Counted from the first letter of the stretch, positions 16,657-25,948 are shown. The stretch: 32,000 nucleotides of DNA from Acidothermus cellulolyticus 11B (GCF_000015025.1 NC_008578.1:600001-632000), one strand, 5' to 3'. Notes: generated by a model not told the origin, from the sequence alone. Program-made: numbers and translations.

Positions 16657-16839
16657 TCAGACGTCGTCGACCGTCTCCTCTTCGCGGGCCAACCAGGTCG
16701 CCAGCCGGTCGATCGCGGCTTCGAATTCCGGGTTGAGATCGACGAAACGACGAAGCTGCTCGGCGAGCCACGCGAGCGAGACGGACTCCTCACCCCGTCG
16801 GCTCTCGAGTTCCTCGATACCTCGATCCGTGAAATACAT
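16657..16839 (-). CDS. Small acidic conserved hypothetical protein (DUF6104-like, 60 aa)
   Basis: MYFTDRGIEELESRRGEESVSLAWLAEQLRRFVDLNPEFEAAIDRLATWLAREEETVDDV. I recall this MYFTDRGIEELE... sequence as a small protein conserved in actinobacteria. GAGGA lies 4 nt upstream of ATG 16839, which is 37 nt downstream of the kgd stop. Confidence 0.6.
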   Translation of the reverse strand: MYFTDRGIEELESRRGEESVSLAWLAEQLRRFVDLNPEFEAAIDRLATWLAREEETVDDV

Positions 16840-16875
16840 GGCGTCCTCGCACAATGGAATCGCGTTCACGCGGCG

Positions 16876-19800
16876 TCAGCTCTCCGGAAGTGCGGCCGCG
16901 AGCAATTCGCGCTGCTCCTCCTCGCTGCGCACGTGCGAACCCGTCGCCGGCGCGGAGCTCTCCGGCCGGGCAATGCAGCGCATCCCGCTGCCCAGCGTCG
17001 GCGCCAGGTGCAGCGCGATAAACGGCCAAGCCCCCATGTTGACCGGTTCTTCCTGTACCCAGACGACCTCGTCGAGCCGCGGAAACGCAGCAAGCGCCGC
17101 CTGAATTTCCTCGCCGGGAAGGGGATACAGCTGTTCTACCCGGAGAATCGCGGTATCGGTACGCTGCTGCGCAGCTCGCCGCTCCACCAACTCCCACGCG
17201 ATCTTACCGCTGCACAGCAAGACCCGTCGCACCTCGGCAGGATCCCGCGGATCCGGGTCACCCAGCACGGGTGACCAGCGGCCGGCGGTGAATGCGGAAG
17301 CGGGCGAAGCGGCTGACTTGGCCCGCAACATTGACTTGGGGGTGAAGACGACGAGCGGACGGCGTACTTGGGAGAGAACATGCCAGCGCAGCAAATGGAA
17401 GTAACTCGCCGCACACGACGGCACCGCGACCGTCATGTTCTCCTGAGCGCACAGTTGCAGGAAACGTTCGATCCGCCCCGAGGAGTGGTCCGGTCCCTGG
17501 CCCTCGTAGCCGTGCGGGAGCAGGAGGACGAGGCCGCTGCGCTGTCCCCACTTCTGCTCGCCCGAGCTGATGAATTCGTCAATGATGGTCTGTGCACCAT
17601 TGGCGAAATCACCGAACTGCGCCTCCCAGGCGACGAGTGCGTCACTGCGGACCACCGAGTATCCGTATTCGAAACCGAGCGCGGCGAATTCCGAGAGCAA
17701 GGAATCGTAGATGTAGAACGGCGCTTGGTTCGGATCGAGGTGGGCGAGCGGCGTGTACTCGGCGCCGGTCTTCCGGTCGACGAGGACGGCGTGCCGCTGC
17801 ACGAAAGTGCCGCGGCGGGAGTCTTGGCCGGCGAGGCGCACCGGGTGGCCTTCGAGCATCAGCGAACCAAAAGCGATGAGCTCCGCCATCGGCCAGTCGA
17901 TGGCGTCGCTGTCCACCATGGCGGCGCGGCGTTGCAGGAGGGGCACCAACCGCGGATGCGGGGTGAAGCCCGGCGGCAGATTCACCTGCGATTCAGCGAT
18001 CCGTTTCAACGTGGCCACGGAAATCGACGTGTCCACGGCCGCCGGAGCCGGCGGGGTCGCCCGCTGCGGCGGGGAACTTGGCCGCGGCGGCGCGGAGTCC
18101 TTGGTCTCCGCGAATGCCTCCTCCAACCGCGCCCGGTAATCACGTAAGGCCGCTTCCGCCTCGTCAATCCCGATGTCACCCCGCCCGATGAGCGCTTCGG
18201 TGTACAGCTTGCGCACCGAGCGTTTCGCATCGATGAGGTCGTACATCAGGGGCTGCGTCATCGACGGGTCGTCCGCCTCGTTGTGGCCCCGCCGGCGGTA
18301 ACACACGAGGTCGATGACGACGTCTTTCTTGAACGCCTGGCGGAAATCCAGGGCGATACGGGCTACACGGACCGCCGCCTCCGGATCGTCACCGTTCACA
18401 TGGAAAATCGGCGCCTGGATCATCCGCGCGACGTCGGTTGCGTACACGCTCGAACGCGCTGCCGACGGTGCCGTGGTGAATCCCACTTGGTTGTTGACGA
18501 CGACGTGAATCGTGCCCCCAGTGCGGTAGCCGCGGAGCTGGGAGAGGTTGAGGGTCTCGGCGACCACTCCTTGGCCGGCGAACGCGGCATCGCCGTGAAT
18601 GGCGAGCGGCAGGACCGGGTACTCCGCGCCCTTGTTCAGCAGGTCTTGTTTGGCCCGGACGATGCCCTCGAGCACAGGATCGACCGCCTCCAGATGGCTG
18701 GGGTTAGACACCAGCGACACCTTGATGTCTTTCGTGCCGTCGCGGGTCGTGTACCGGCCTTCCGCCCCAAGGTGGTATTTCACGTCGCCCGAGCCGTGTG
18801 TCGAGGCGGGATCCAAGTACCCCTCGAATTCGCGGAAAATCTGCGCGTAGCTCTTGCCGACGATATTGGCCAGCACATTGAGCCGCCCGCGGTGCGCCAT
18901 GCCGATGACAACCTCGTCAAGCCCCTGATGCGCCGCGGCGTCAATGATGGTGTCCAGGAGGGGAATCAGCGTTTCCGCACCCTCCAACGAGAAGCGACGC
19001 TGGCCGACATATTTCGTCTGGAGGAAGGTTTCGAAGGCTTCCGCGACGTTCAGCCGCTTGAGAATGTACAGTTGCTCGTCGCGATCGAGCCGTTGCTGCG
19101 GTTGTTCGACGCGCTGCTGAATCCACCGCCGCTGCTCGGGGTCTTGGATGTGCATGTATTCGACGCCGACCGTGCGGCAGTACGAATCACGCAGGACGCC
19201 GAGGATGTCGCGCAGCCGCATCACCGGCTCACCGGCGAAGCCTCCGGTGGCGAATTTCCGGTCGAGATCCCACAGCGTGAGCCCGTGATTGACGATGTCC
19301 AGATCAGGGTGTCGGCGCATCTCGAATTCCAGCGGGTTCGTATCCGCCATGAGATGGCCGCGCACCCGGTACGCGTGAATGAGTTCAACGACCCGGGCCT
19401 GCTTGCCGACCTCGTCAGCGTGACTCGCGACGATGTCCTTCACCCAGCGCACCGGCTCGTATGGGATGCGCAAGGCGCGGAAGAGCTCGTCGTAGAAGCC
19501 TTCCTCGCCGAGGAGGAGCCGGTGAATATGCCGAAGGAATTCCCCTGACTGAGCACCTTGAATGACCCGGTGGTCATAGGTGGACGTCAAGGTGAGCACC
19601 TTGCTCACCGCCAGGTTGGCGAGGGTTTCCTCGGCGGCGCCCTGGAATTGCGCGGGATATTCCATCGCGCCGACGCCGATGATGCAGCCTTGCCCCGGCA
19701 TCAACCGGGGGACCGAATGCACGGTGCCGATCGTGCCGGGGTTGGTGAGGGTGAGTGTCGTGCCGGTGAAATCGTCCGGCGTGAGCTTTCCGCTCCGCGC

Positions 19801-20577
19801 CCGCCGCACGAGGTCTTCATACGCCACCCAGAACTGGGCGAAATCCATGCGTTGCGCAGCCTTGATGCACGGCACGAGGAGTTGGCGGGTGCCGTCGTCG
19901 CGGGTGACGTCGATGGCCAACCCGAGATTCACGTCGGGATACTGAATGACACCAGGACGGCCGTTCACCTCGGTGTACGCAACGTTCATCTCAGGATGTG
20001 CGAGCGCCGCCTTCACCACCGCGTAACCGATGATGTGGGTGAAGGAAATCTTTCCGCCCCGCCCACGGCGCAGATGGTTGTTCATGACCAAGCGGTTGTC
20101 GATCAGCAGCTTGGCCGGGATTTCCCGCACGCTGGTGGCTGTCGGAATGGTGAGGCTCGCCGTCATGTTGGACGCCGTCCGCGCGGCGGATCCCTTGAGC
20201 GGAACGGCCTGCGCGGCCAAACCGTCCCCACGGGACGGGATCGGTTCCGCCTCCGGTGCGGGGGTTTCGATGACGCGGGTGGCCGCGGCCCCCCCGGCGG
20301 TGGCCGCTTCCATGACCGCAGTGCCGCCGCCCGCCCCCGCTGCCCGAGTGGCCGCATCGCCGATCGTCGTCCGCGCGGGCGCGCCCGCCGCCGAGGCAGT
20401 GGCCGTCGCTGCCGGAGCCGGCCGATCTCGTGGCACGTAGTCGGCGAAGAAGTCCCACCACGCGGGATCAACGGAGTTCGGGTCGTGCAAATAGCGTTGA
20501 TACATTTCGTCGACGAGCCATTCGTTGGCCCCGAACTCAGCGAACGAGTGGGACGCCGACGTTGCGGTCTGTGCCAC
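16876..20577 (-). CDS. kgd: Multifunctional 2-oxoglutarate metabolism enzyme (2-oxoglutarate dehydrogenase/decarboxylase E1 with an N-terminal E2-like acyltransferase domain)
   Basis: 1233 aa. It has the typical actinobacterial Kgd/OdhA N-terminus ([30 protein letters not shown]), an Ala/Pro-rich linker, an E2-type catalytic segment ([18 protein letters not shown]), then the SucA ThDP-dependent E1 body. GTG start with AAGGAGG upstream. Confidence 0.95.
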   Translation of the reverse strand: MAQTATSASHSFAEFGANEWLVDEMYQRYLHDPNSVDPAWWDFFADYVPRDRPAPAATATASAAGAPARTTIGDAATRAAGAGGGTAVMEAATAGGAAATRVIETPAPEAEPIPSRGDGLAAQAVPLKGSAARTASNMTASLTIPTATSVREIPAKLLIDNRLVMNNHLRRGRGGKISFTHIIGYAVVKAALAHPEMNVAYTEVNGRPGVIQYPDVNLGLAIDVTRDDGTRQLLVPCIKAAQRMDFAQFWVAYEDLVRRARSGKLTPDDFTGTTLTLTNPGTIGTVHSVPRLMPGQGCIIGVGAMEYPAQFQGAAEETLANLAVSKVLTLTSTYDHRVIQGAQSGEFLRHIHRLLLGEEGFYDELFRALRIPYEPVRWVKDIVASHADEVGKQARVVELIHAYRVRGHLMADTNPLEFEMRRHPDLDIVNHGLTLWDLDRKFATGGFAGEPVMRLRDILGVLRDSYCRTVGVEYMHIQDPEQRRWIQQRVEQPQQRLDRDEQLYILKRLNVAEAFETFLQTKYVGQRRFSLEGAETLIPLLDTIIDAAAHQGLDEVVIGMAHRGRLNVLANIVGKSYAQIFREFEGYLDPASTHGSGDVKYHLGAEGRYTTRDGTKDIKVSLVSNPSHLEAVDPVLEGIVRAKQDLLNKGAEYPVLPLAIHGDAAFAGQGVVAETLNLSQLRGYRTGGTIHVVVNNQVGFTTAPSAARSSVYATDVARMIQAPIFHVNGDDPEAAVRVARIALDFRQAFKKDVVIDLVCYRRRGHNEADDPSMTQPLMYDLIDAKRSVRKLYTEALIGRGDIGIDEAEAALRDYRARLEEAFAETKDSAPPRPSSPPQRATPPAPAAVDTSISVATLKRIAESQVNLPPGFTPHPRLVPLLQRRAAMVDSDAIDWPMAELIAFGSLMLEGHPVRLAGQDSRRGTFVQRHAVLVDRKTGAEYTPLAHLDPNQAPFYIYDSLLSEFAALGFEYGYSVVRSDALVAWEAQFGDFANGAQTIIDEFISSGEQKWGQRSGLVLLLPHGYEGQGPDHSSGRIERFLQLCAQENMTVAVPSCAASYFHLLRWHVLSQVRRPLVVFTPKSMLRAKSAASPASAFTAGRWSPVLGDPDPRDPAEVRRVLLCSGKIAWELVERRAAQQRTDTAILRVEQLYPLPGEEIQAALAAFPRLDEVVWVQEEPVNMGAWPFIALHLAPTLGSGMRCIARPESSAPATGSHVRSEEEQRELLAAALPES

Positions 20578-20941
20578 GGTAGTGATCGCCTCCTTTTATC
20601 AGGCTACCGGGCGTCAACGGCGAGACCGGCGACGGCTGCGTGTCACGTCGCGCACACGCGGGCCGCGGCGGGGTGACCGGGCGGGGAGCATTGCGTCGGT
20701 CGTCATGGCAGGTGGTCGTGTCGCCTGGGCGTCGGCCGCAGCCGTTCCGCAGCAGGCTAGTCCCGTCGGCCACAGGTCCGTCGTCCATTTCGGCCATTTC
20801 ATGGACACGCGGCGGCCGCCTGCTAGTCGCGATGCGCCTCGGCCGTTACCATTTCGACATCGTTCGCACGTCGAGGGCCGTGTCCGCGGTCGGGGGGTGG
20901 CGTGCCCTTTCGCCCACTCGACGAAGGGACACCTCGCCACA

Positions 20942-22156
20942 GTGCTTCGCCTATCCATCGCGCGTGGTCCAGCGTTCACAAAACTTCCACGTTCTCGCCG
21001 CACGGTGACGGCGCTCGCGGTCACCGTGATGGTGGTGGCAGGGAGTGCTATCGCGGCTGGCCCGGCACTGGCTCAGGACTCCGGACAGGCGCCGACCGCC
21101 GCGCAGCTTGCCGCGATCCGGAAGCTGGCCGCCGCCGCCCAAGCGGAACTTGCCGCCGGTGCCAGGCGGTTGGACGCGGCGCAGGCCCGCCAGCGCCAGC
21201 TCGCCGCCCAGGCGGCCGCCGCGACCGCGCAGGCGCGACGCGCCGAGCAACGGCTCGCCGCTCTCCAGGAGCAGATTGCCGGCTTCGCTGGATCGATGTA
21301 CGAGCATCCAACCTCGGACGTCGTGACCGAGGTCATTGCCGGCGGCGACCTGCAGCGGGCGTTGCAGGCCACGACGCTCCTCACCATTGCGAGCGGCAGC
21401 CATCTCGCGGTGCTCCGTGAAGCATCCGCCACCCGGACCGAGCTTGCGCAAGCCCAACTCCGGGCCGCGCAAGCAGCCGCCGCCGCAGCGGCTGTGCAGG
21501 CGTCGATTCAGCGGCAGGTGGCGGCGCTGCGCGACGCAGCGGCGAAAGCGGCGCAACGACTGGAAGCAGCACAGAAGGCGTATGCCGCGGAACAGGCACG
21601 CATCGCCGCGGCCCGGGCGGCAGCGGCCCGGGCGGCCGCCGAGAAAGCCGCCCGCGAACGCGCAGCCCGGGAGGCGGCGCTCCGGGACGCGATTGTCGCG
21701 CCGCCACCGTGTGACGTCCAGGGGCCGTACCCGCCGGGACCGTGGGGCGGCTATGCGAACGGCCTCATTCCGGCCTCGGCACTCTGCCCGATCATCGGTG
21801 GCGGTCTGCTCCGCCCGGATGCCGCGGTCGCGTTCAACCGGATGACACAGGCGTACCGGCAGGCGTTCGGCACGTATTTGTGCGTCAACGCGTCGTACCG
21901 GCCGTACGCCGACCAGGTGCGGCTGTTCCGGATTCAACCGTCGCTCTCCGCCGTCCCGGGCACGAGCAATCACGGCTGGGGAGAGGCTGTCGATCTCGGC
22001 TGCGGCGTGCAGAATTACGGTTCACCGCAATTCCGGTGGATGGTGGCTCACGCCGGGGAATTCGGCTGGGTGCATCCGGCGTGGGCGAATCACAGCCCGT
22101 TTGAACCGTGGCATTGGGAATTCGGCTACATCAGCGACGGGGATACCGGCACCTGA
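20942..22156 (+). CDS. Secreted peptidoglycan hydrolase: N-terminal Ala/Gln/Arg-rich coiled coil plus C-terminal M15 (VanY-like, LAS family) D-alanyl-D-alanine carboxypeptidase domain
   Basis: Signal peptide ...RSRRTVTALAVTVMVVAGSAIAAGPALAQD. A ~200-aa heptad-like Ala-rich region follows. The Zn-ligand motifs SNHGWGEAVD and EPWHWEF are present. The start is uncertain: I chose GTG 20942, and GTG 21005 is an alternative. The track's extension back to 20525 overlaps the kgd 5' end and was rejected. Confidence 0.75.
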   Translation: MLRLSIARGPAFTKLPRSRRTVTALAVTVMVVAGSAIAAGPALAQDSGQAPTAAQLAAIRKLAAAAQAELAAGARRLDAAQARQRQLAAQAAAATAQARRAEQRLAALQEQIAGFAGSMYEHPTSDVVTEVIAGGDLQRALQATTLLTIASGSHLAVLREASATRTELAQAQLRAAQAAAAAAAVQASIQRQVAALRDAAAKAAQRLEAAQKAYAAEQARIAAARAAAARAAAEKAARERAAREAALRDAIVAPPPCDVQGPYPPGPWGGYANGLIPASALCPIIGGGLLRPDAAVAFNRMTQAYRQAFGTYLCVNASYRPYADQVRLFRIQPSLSAVPGTSNHGWGEAVDLGCGVQNYGSPQFRWMVAHAGEFGWVHPAWANHSPFEPWHWEFGYISDGDTGT

Positions 22157-22184
22157 GCCTGACCGGCAGGGCGCGTGGGGCGGC

Positions 22185-22209
22185 CGGCGGACGCGGTTGG
22201 CGTCCGTCG
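22185..22209. terminator. Short GC hairpin between convergent gene ends (weak terminator candidate)
   Basis: cggcGGACGC[ggttg]GCGTCCgtcg gives 10 bp including one G:T. It lies in the gap between the peptidase stop (22156) and the E2 stop (22313). There is no U-tract. Confidence 0.25.
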
Positions 22210-22312
22210 CGGTGCGCTGGGTCTGCTGGACGGCACCCGGTACGCGCGCATTCGTGTCCGCGAGGGCCCTGCTGTCGCGCGAGAAGGCCAGCCGCTTAGG
22301 GCCAGCCGCCGC

Positions 22313-23662
22313 TCAGGCGAGTGCCGCGAGCGGGTTCTCCAGCAGGGTGACCAGGTCGGCGAGGAAACCGGCCGCGGTGGCGCCGTCCAGCGCTCGGTGA
22401 TCGATGGACAGCGTGATTGTCATCACCTTGCCGACCGCCAGCTGACCGTCGCGCACCACAGGTACCTCCCGGACCGCGCCGACAGCGAGAATCGCCGCCT
22501 CCGGCGGGTTGATCACGGCGGTGAATTGGTCGACGCCGAACATGCCAAGATTGCTGATGGTGAACGTCGAGCCGCCGATGTCATCCGGCTTGAGCTTGCC
22601 CTGCCGGGCCCGGGTGGCGAGATCGCGGGTGCGCTGCGAGATCTCCCGGATGCCCAGCGTGTCGGCGTCGCGGATGACCGGGACGATGAGACCGTCGGGA
22701 ATGGCGACCGCCACGCCAATGTGAATGTGCTTGTGCTGGAGCAGCTTCTCCCCGGCGTACGACACGTTCACTTCGGGGTGCTTCCGTAACGCGGCCGCCG
22801 CCACCTTCACGATCAGATCATTCAAACTGATCTTTGCGGTATCCGGATCGGCGCTGCTCAACGCGGCATTCAGCCGCGCCCGAACATCGATCAGCGGCTC
22901 GGCGTTCAGCGTGCGCGTCAAGTAGAAGTGCGGTGCTTGCTGCATGCTCTCGGTGAGTCGCCGAGCAGTGATCTTCCGGATGGTGTTGAGCGGAATTTCC
23001 TCGACATCCGGTTGCGACGCCGCGGCTGCCGGAGCTGCCGTCGGACTAGCGGCCGGCGCCGTCCGCATGGCCGCCACGGCGGCTTCGACGTCCGCCCGGA
23101 CGACGCGCCCTCCCGGCCCGGAACCGCGGACCGTCCGCAGATCGAGGCCTGCCTCCCGGGCGATGGCCCGGGCCAGCGGCGAGGCTTTGACCCGGCCGCC
23201 GTCGACCGGAAGCGGTGAGACCGGCGGCGCGGCCGGGCGGGTCTCGCTTGCCGGCTCGGTGGCGGGTGCCGCTGCCGCTGCGGTCTCCCGGCCGGTGGTC
23301 GCCGACGCTGCCGCTGCGGCCGTCTCCCGAACGGCGGTCGGCGGCGCTGCACCGGCTGGCTGGTCAGCCTTCGGTTCAGCGGGGGCAGCGTGCGCCGTCG
23401 AATCGCCGGTTGGTTCCTGAAGGCCTTCCCCGCTGCCGATAATGGCGATCGGTGTGCCGATCGGCACCGGTTTGCCCGGCTCGACAAGGATTTTCTCGAG
23501 CACGCCGGAGTCGTACGCCTCGAGTTCCATCACCGCCTTGTCGGTCTCGATTTCGGCGAGCACATCGCCCTTCTCGACCTGGTCGCCTACCTTCTTGGTC
23601 CACTGCGTGATCGTGCCCTCCTGCATCGTGTCGGAGAGCCGGGGCATGAACACTTCAGGCAC
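22313..23662 (-). CDS. pdhC: Dihydrolipoamide acyltransferase (E2) of a 2-oxoacid dehydrogenase complex
   Basis: A single lipoyl domain (LAEIETDKAVMELEA), an Ala/Pro-rich linker, a peripheral-subunit-binding domain (ASPLARAIAREAGLDL) and a catalytic domain with SIDHRALDGA. The symbol is nominal because substrate specificity (pyruvate, branched-chain or acetoin) cannot be determined from sequence alone. Confidence 0.9.
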   Translation of the reverse strand: MPEVFMPRLSDTMQEGTITQWTKKVGDQVEKGDVLAEIETDKAVMELEAYDSGVLEKILVEPGKPVPIGTPIAIIGSGEGLQEPTGDSTAHAAPAEPKADQPAGAAPPTAVRETAAAAASATTGRETAAAAAPATEPASETRPAAPPVSPLPVDGGRVKASPLARAIAREAGLDLRTVRGSGPGGRVVRADVEAAVAAMRTAPAASPTAAPAAAASQPDVEEIPLNTIRKITARRLTESMQQAPHFYLTRTLNAEPLIDVRARLNAALSSADPDTAKISLNDLIVKVAAAALRKHPEVNVSYAGEKLLQHKHIHIGVAVAIPDGLIVPVIRDADTLGIREISQRTRDLATRARQGKLKPDDIGGSTFTISNLGMFGVDQFTAVINPPEAAILAVGAVREVPVVRDGQLAVGKVMTITLSIDHRALDGATAAGFLADLVTLLENPLAALA

Positions 23663-23671
23663 TGCGATCTC

Positions 23672-24658
23672 CTAGCGGTGGAAGCGGGTCGCGTCGAGGG
23701 TCTCGTGAATCACTTTGATCAAGGCGGTGGCGTCCGGCAGGGCGGCGAGCTCCAGCGGCTTTGCGTACGGCAGCGGCACCTCGGCGGCGGCGACCCGGCG
23801 GACCGGAGCGTCGAGGTAATCGAAGGCGCCTTCCTGGATGGTTGCCGCGATCTCGGCGCCGACGCCGTAGGAGAGCCAGTCCTCTTCAAGGACGACGGCC
23901 TTACCGGTTTTCCGGACGGATTCGACGACCGTGCTTCGATCCAGCGGACGGAGCGATCGCAGATCGACCACCTCGGCGCGAATGCCCTCGTCCTGCTCGA
24001 GCCGGCGCGCGACGTCCAAGGCGACGGCGGCCATCCGGGAATACGAGACGATCGTGATGTCGTCGCCTTCCTTCATCACGTTCGCCTTGCCGATTTCCGT
24101 GACGTAGTCGCCGTCCGGCACCTCGCCCTTGGTGTTGTACAGCGCGAGGTTCTCGATGAACATCACGGGATCGTCGTCGCGGATCGAGGCGGCAAGGAGT
24201 CCCTTGGCGTCCGCCGGGGTAGCCGGCGTCACGACCTTCAAGCCGGGAACGTGGGCGTACCAGACCTCGAGGTTCTGCGAATGGGTCGCCGCTAGTTGCT
24301 GGCCGCCGCCGCCTGGCGTGCGGATGACCATCGGCACACGGGCCTGCCCGCCGAACATGGCGTGGATTTTCGCCGCGTGATTGACGATCTGGTCCATCGC
24401 CAGGATCGAGAAATTGATCGTCATGATTTCGACGACCGGACGCAGGCCCAACATCGCCGCACCGATCGCCGCACCGACAAATCCTTCCTCGCAGATCGGG
24501 GTGTCCCGCACCCGGTCCGGGCCGAATTCCGCGAGCAAGCCGGCGGTGATTTTGTACGAGCCTTCGAAAACCCCGATTTCTTCCCCCATCAGGAAGACGT
24601 TCGGGTCACGGAGCAGCTCGGCGCGCAACGTGTCGTGCAGCGCCTGCCGGTAGGTCAT
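23672..24658 (-). CDS. pdhB: 2-oxoacid dehydrogenase E1 component, beta subunit
   Basis: MTYRQALHDTLRAELLRDPNVFLMGEEIG... is a typical transketolase-like E1-beta. I chose ATG 24658. The track's 70-aa N-terminal extension overlaps the E1-alpha gene and was rejected. The gene ends 9 nt before the E2 start. Confidence 0.9.
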   Translation of the reverse strand: MTYRQALHDTLRAELLRDPNVFLMGEEIGVFEGSYKITAGLLAEFGPDRVRDTPICEEGFVGAAIGAAMLGLRPVVEIMTINFSILAMDQIVNHAAKIHAMFGGQARVPMVIRTPGGGGQQLAATHSQNLEVWYAHVPGLKVVTPATPADAKGLLAASIRDDDPVMFIENLALYNTKGEVPDGDYVTEIGKANVMKEGDDITIVSYSRMAAVALDVARRLEQDEGIRAEVVDLRSLRPLDRSTVVESVRKTGKAVVLEEDWLSYGVGAEIAATIQEGAFDYLDAPVRRVAAAEVPLPYAKPLELAALPDATALIKVIHETLDATRFHR

Positions 24659-24680
24659 GACGGGCACGCGATCACGCCTT

Positions 24681-25808
24681 TCACTCGATCGGGAGCAACG
24701 GGTCACCGGGAAGAGCACGCGGCATGTTTGGCAGCGGGTGCGCGTACGCGTGCGCGAACAATTCAGCGGGGCTTGGGTGCGGCGAATTGTCGGCAAATTC
24801 CACCGCGGCATCCACCGCCGCCTCCACCTCCGCGTCGATCCGGGCCGCCTCGTCAGCGGAGAGCACACCGACGTCGATCAGCCGCTGCCGGAATGCGGTC
24901 ACCGGATCGTGTGCCAGCAGCCGCTGGGCCTCCTCTTTGCTGCGGTAGCGAGCCGGGTCGACGACGGAGTGTCCCCGCAACCGGTAGCTCACCGCCTCCA
25001 GAATGGACGGCGCCCGCTCCTCGCGGGCCTTCCGGAGCGCGTCGCGCAGGGCTTCCCGGCAGGCGATGACGTCATTGCCGTCAACGCGGACCCCAGGGAT
25101 TCGGTACGCACACCCCCGCTTGTACAGATCGGGCTCGGCTGACGCCTTCTCGACCGGCGTCCCCATGCCCAGCTGATTGTTGATAATCACGTAGACGATC
25201 GGCAAGTGCCAGATACCGGCCAGGTTCAACGATTCGTGCCAGGCGCCGATGTTGGTTGTTGCATCGCCGACCAGACAGACGACGGCCGGGGTGTCGGGGC
25301 CAGGCGGTTGGCGGTACGCGATCGCCAGAGCTGCGCCGGTCGCCGGGGGAATCTGTCCACCGACGATGCCGTAACCACCGAGCAGGCGTGTCTCGGCGTC
25401 GAAGAGGTGCATGGAACCGCCCCAGCCTTTCGATACACCGGTGGTGCGGCCGAACAATTCCGCCATCACCCGGCCGGGGTCGATGCCGCGGGCCAGCGCG
25501 TATCCGTGTTCCCGGTACGTCGTGAAGAGATAGTCATGCGGCGCCATGGCGTCCATCAGGCCGACCACGGTGGCCTCTTCACCGAGGTTGAGGTGGCAGT
25601 ACCCGCCGATTTTCGCGCGCTGGTACATCTCGGCGGCGCGTTCCTCGAATCGGCGGATGAGTTGCATCATCCGGTAGTAGGCGCGGAGCTTGTCAGGTGG
25701 TTCCTGGGCCAGCCGGTCAGCGGGTGTCGTTGCAAGGTCGGGAGCCGTGGCGGGGTTCGCCCGCCGAGCGGTGCTCGACGACCGCGATGCGCGTTGTGCG
25801 GAGGGCAC
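24681..25808 (-). CDS. pdhA: 2-oxoacid dehydrogenase E1 component, alpha subunit (ThDP-binding)
   Basis: MMQLIRRFEERAAEMY..., the ThDP motif VCLVGDATTNIGAWHESLNLA...VIINNQ, and a phosphorylation-loop-like YRLRGHS. GTG 25808 has GAGGAG 5 nt upstream. Confidence 0.9.
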   Translation of the reverse strand: MPSAQRASRSSSTARRANPATAPDLATTPADRLAQEPPDKLRAYYRMMQLIRRFEERAAEMYQRAKIGGYCHLNLGEEATVVGLMDAMAPHDYLFTTYREHGYALARGIDPGRVMAELFGRTTGVSKGWGGSMHLFDAETRLLGGYGIVGGQIPPATGAALAIAYRQPPGPDTPAVVCLVGDATTNIGAWHESLNLAGIWHLPIVYVIINNQLGMGTPVEKASAEPDLYKRGCAYRIPGVRVDGNDVIACREALRDALRKAREERAPSILEAVSYRLRGHSVVDPARYRSKEEAQRLLAHDPVTAFRQRLIDVGVLSADEAARIDAEVEAAVDAAVEFADNSPHPSPAELFAHAYAHPLPNMPRALPGDPLLPIE

Positions 25809-25838
25809 GGTTACTCCTCAACGTGGACAGCGGATGGG

Positions 25839-25884
25839 CTTTCGGTCTTGGCGTCTTCAGTCTTTCGGTCTCGGCGTCTTCAGT
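25839..25884. repeat. Tandem direct repeat, 2 x 23 bp (CTTTCGGTCTTGGCGTCTTCAGT / CTTTCGGTCTCGGCGTCTTCAGT), 31-76 nt upstream of the E1-alpha start
   Basis: I read both units directly and found one mismatch in 23 (T25849 vs C25872). The repeat lies in the 140-bp gap between the CBS gene stop (25949) and the pdhA start (25808). Confidence 0.85.
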
Positions 25885-25948
25885 TGTTTGCGCGCAGGCC
25901 GGTCCCCCGAGTGGTCCTCTGGTGGGGCGCCGGCAGGAAGTCGGTGGA

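Noticed and set aside
17368-20676. Long + strand ORFs (17368-18147, 18283-19548, 19558-20676; up to 421 aa) lying inside the kgd locus
   Set aside because: They are antisense or out of frame to a 1233-aa gene with unmistakable Kgd/SucA homology. Their translations are Arg/Gly/Asp/His-rich with no recognisable motifs. These are typical shadow ORFs of ~70% GC DNA.
20578-20941. Possible c-di-AMP (ydaO-type) riboswitch or other ncRNA in the 364-bp region upstream of the cell-wall hydrolase gene, divergent from kgd
   Set aside because: Actinobacterial wall hydrolase genes often carry ydaO leaders, so I looked for the conserved GGGGACCCA and CCGAACCCG...AGCUAACC-type blocks. I did not find them. 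Only short local repeats (GCTAGTC twice, CCATTTC three times) are present, which is not enough to call a feature.
20951-21973. 340-aa - strand ORF and several + strand alternative-frame ORFs within the coiled-coil/M15 peptidase gene
   Set aside because: The GC-rich Ala-codon repeats (GCC/GCG) keep all frames open. Only the chosen frame gives a signal peptide and an intact M15 zinc site.
23390-25069. + strand ORFs of 301 aa and 257 aa opposite the E2 and E1-beta genes
   Set aside because: They are antisense to well-supported E2 and E1-beta coding regions and contain no motifs. This is a high-GC artefact.
25839-25884. CRISPR array interpretation of the 23-bp repeats
   Set aside because: There are only two directly adjacent copies with no spacers, and no cas genes lie nearby. 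It is a simple tandem duplication or regulatory repeat, not a CRISPR array.
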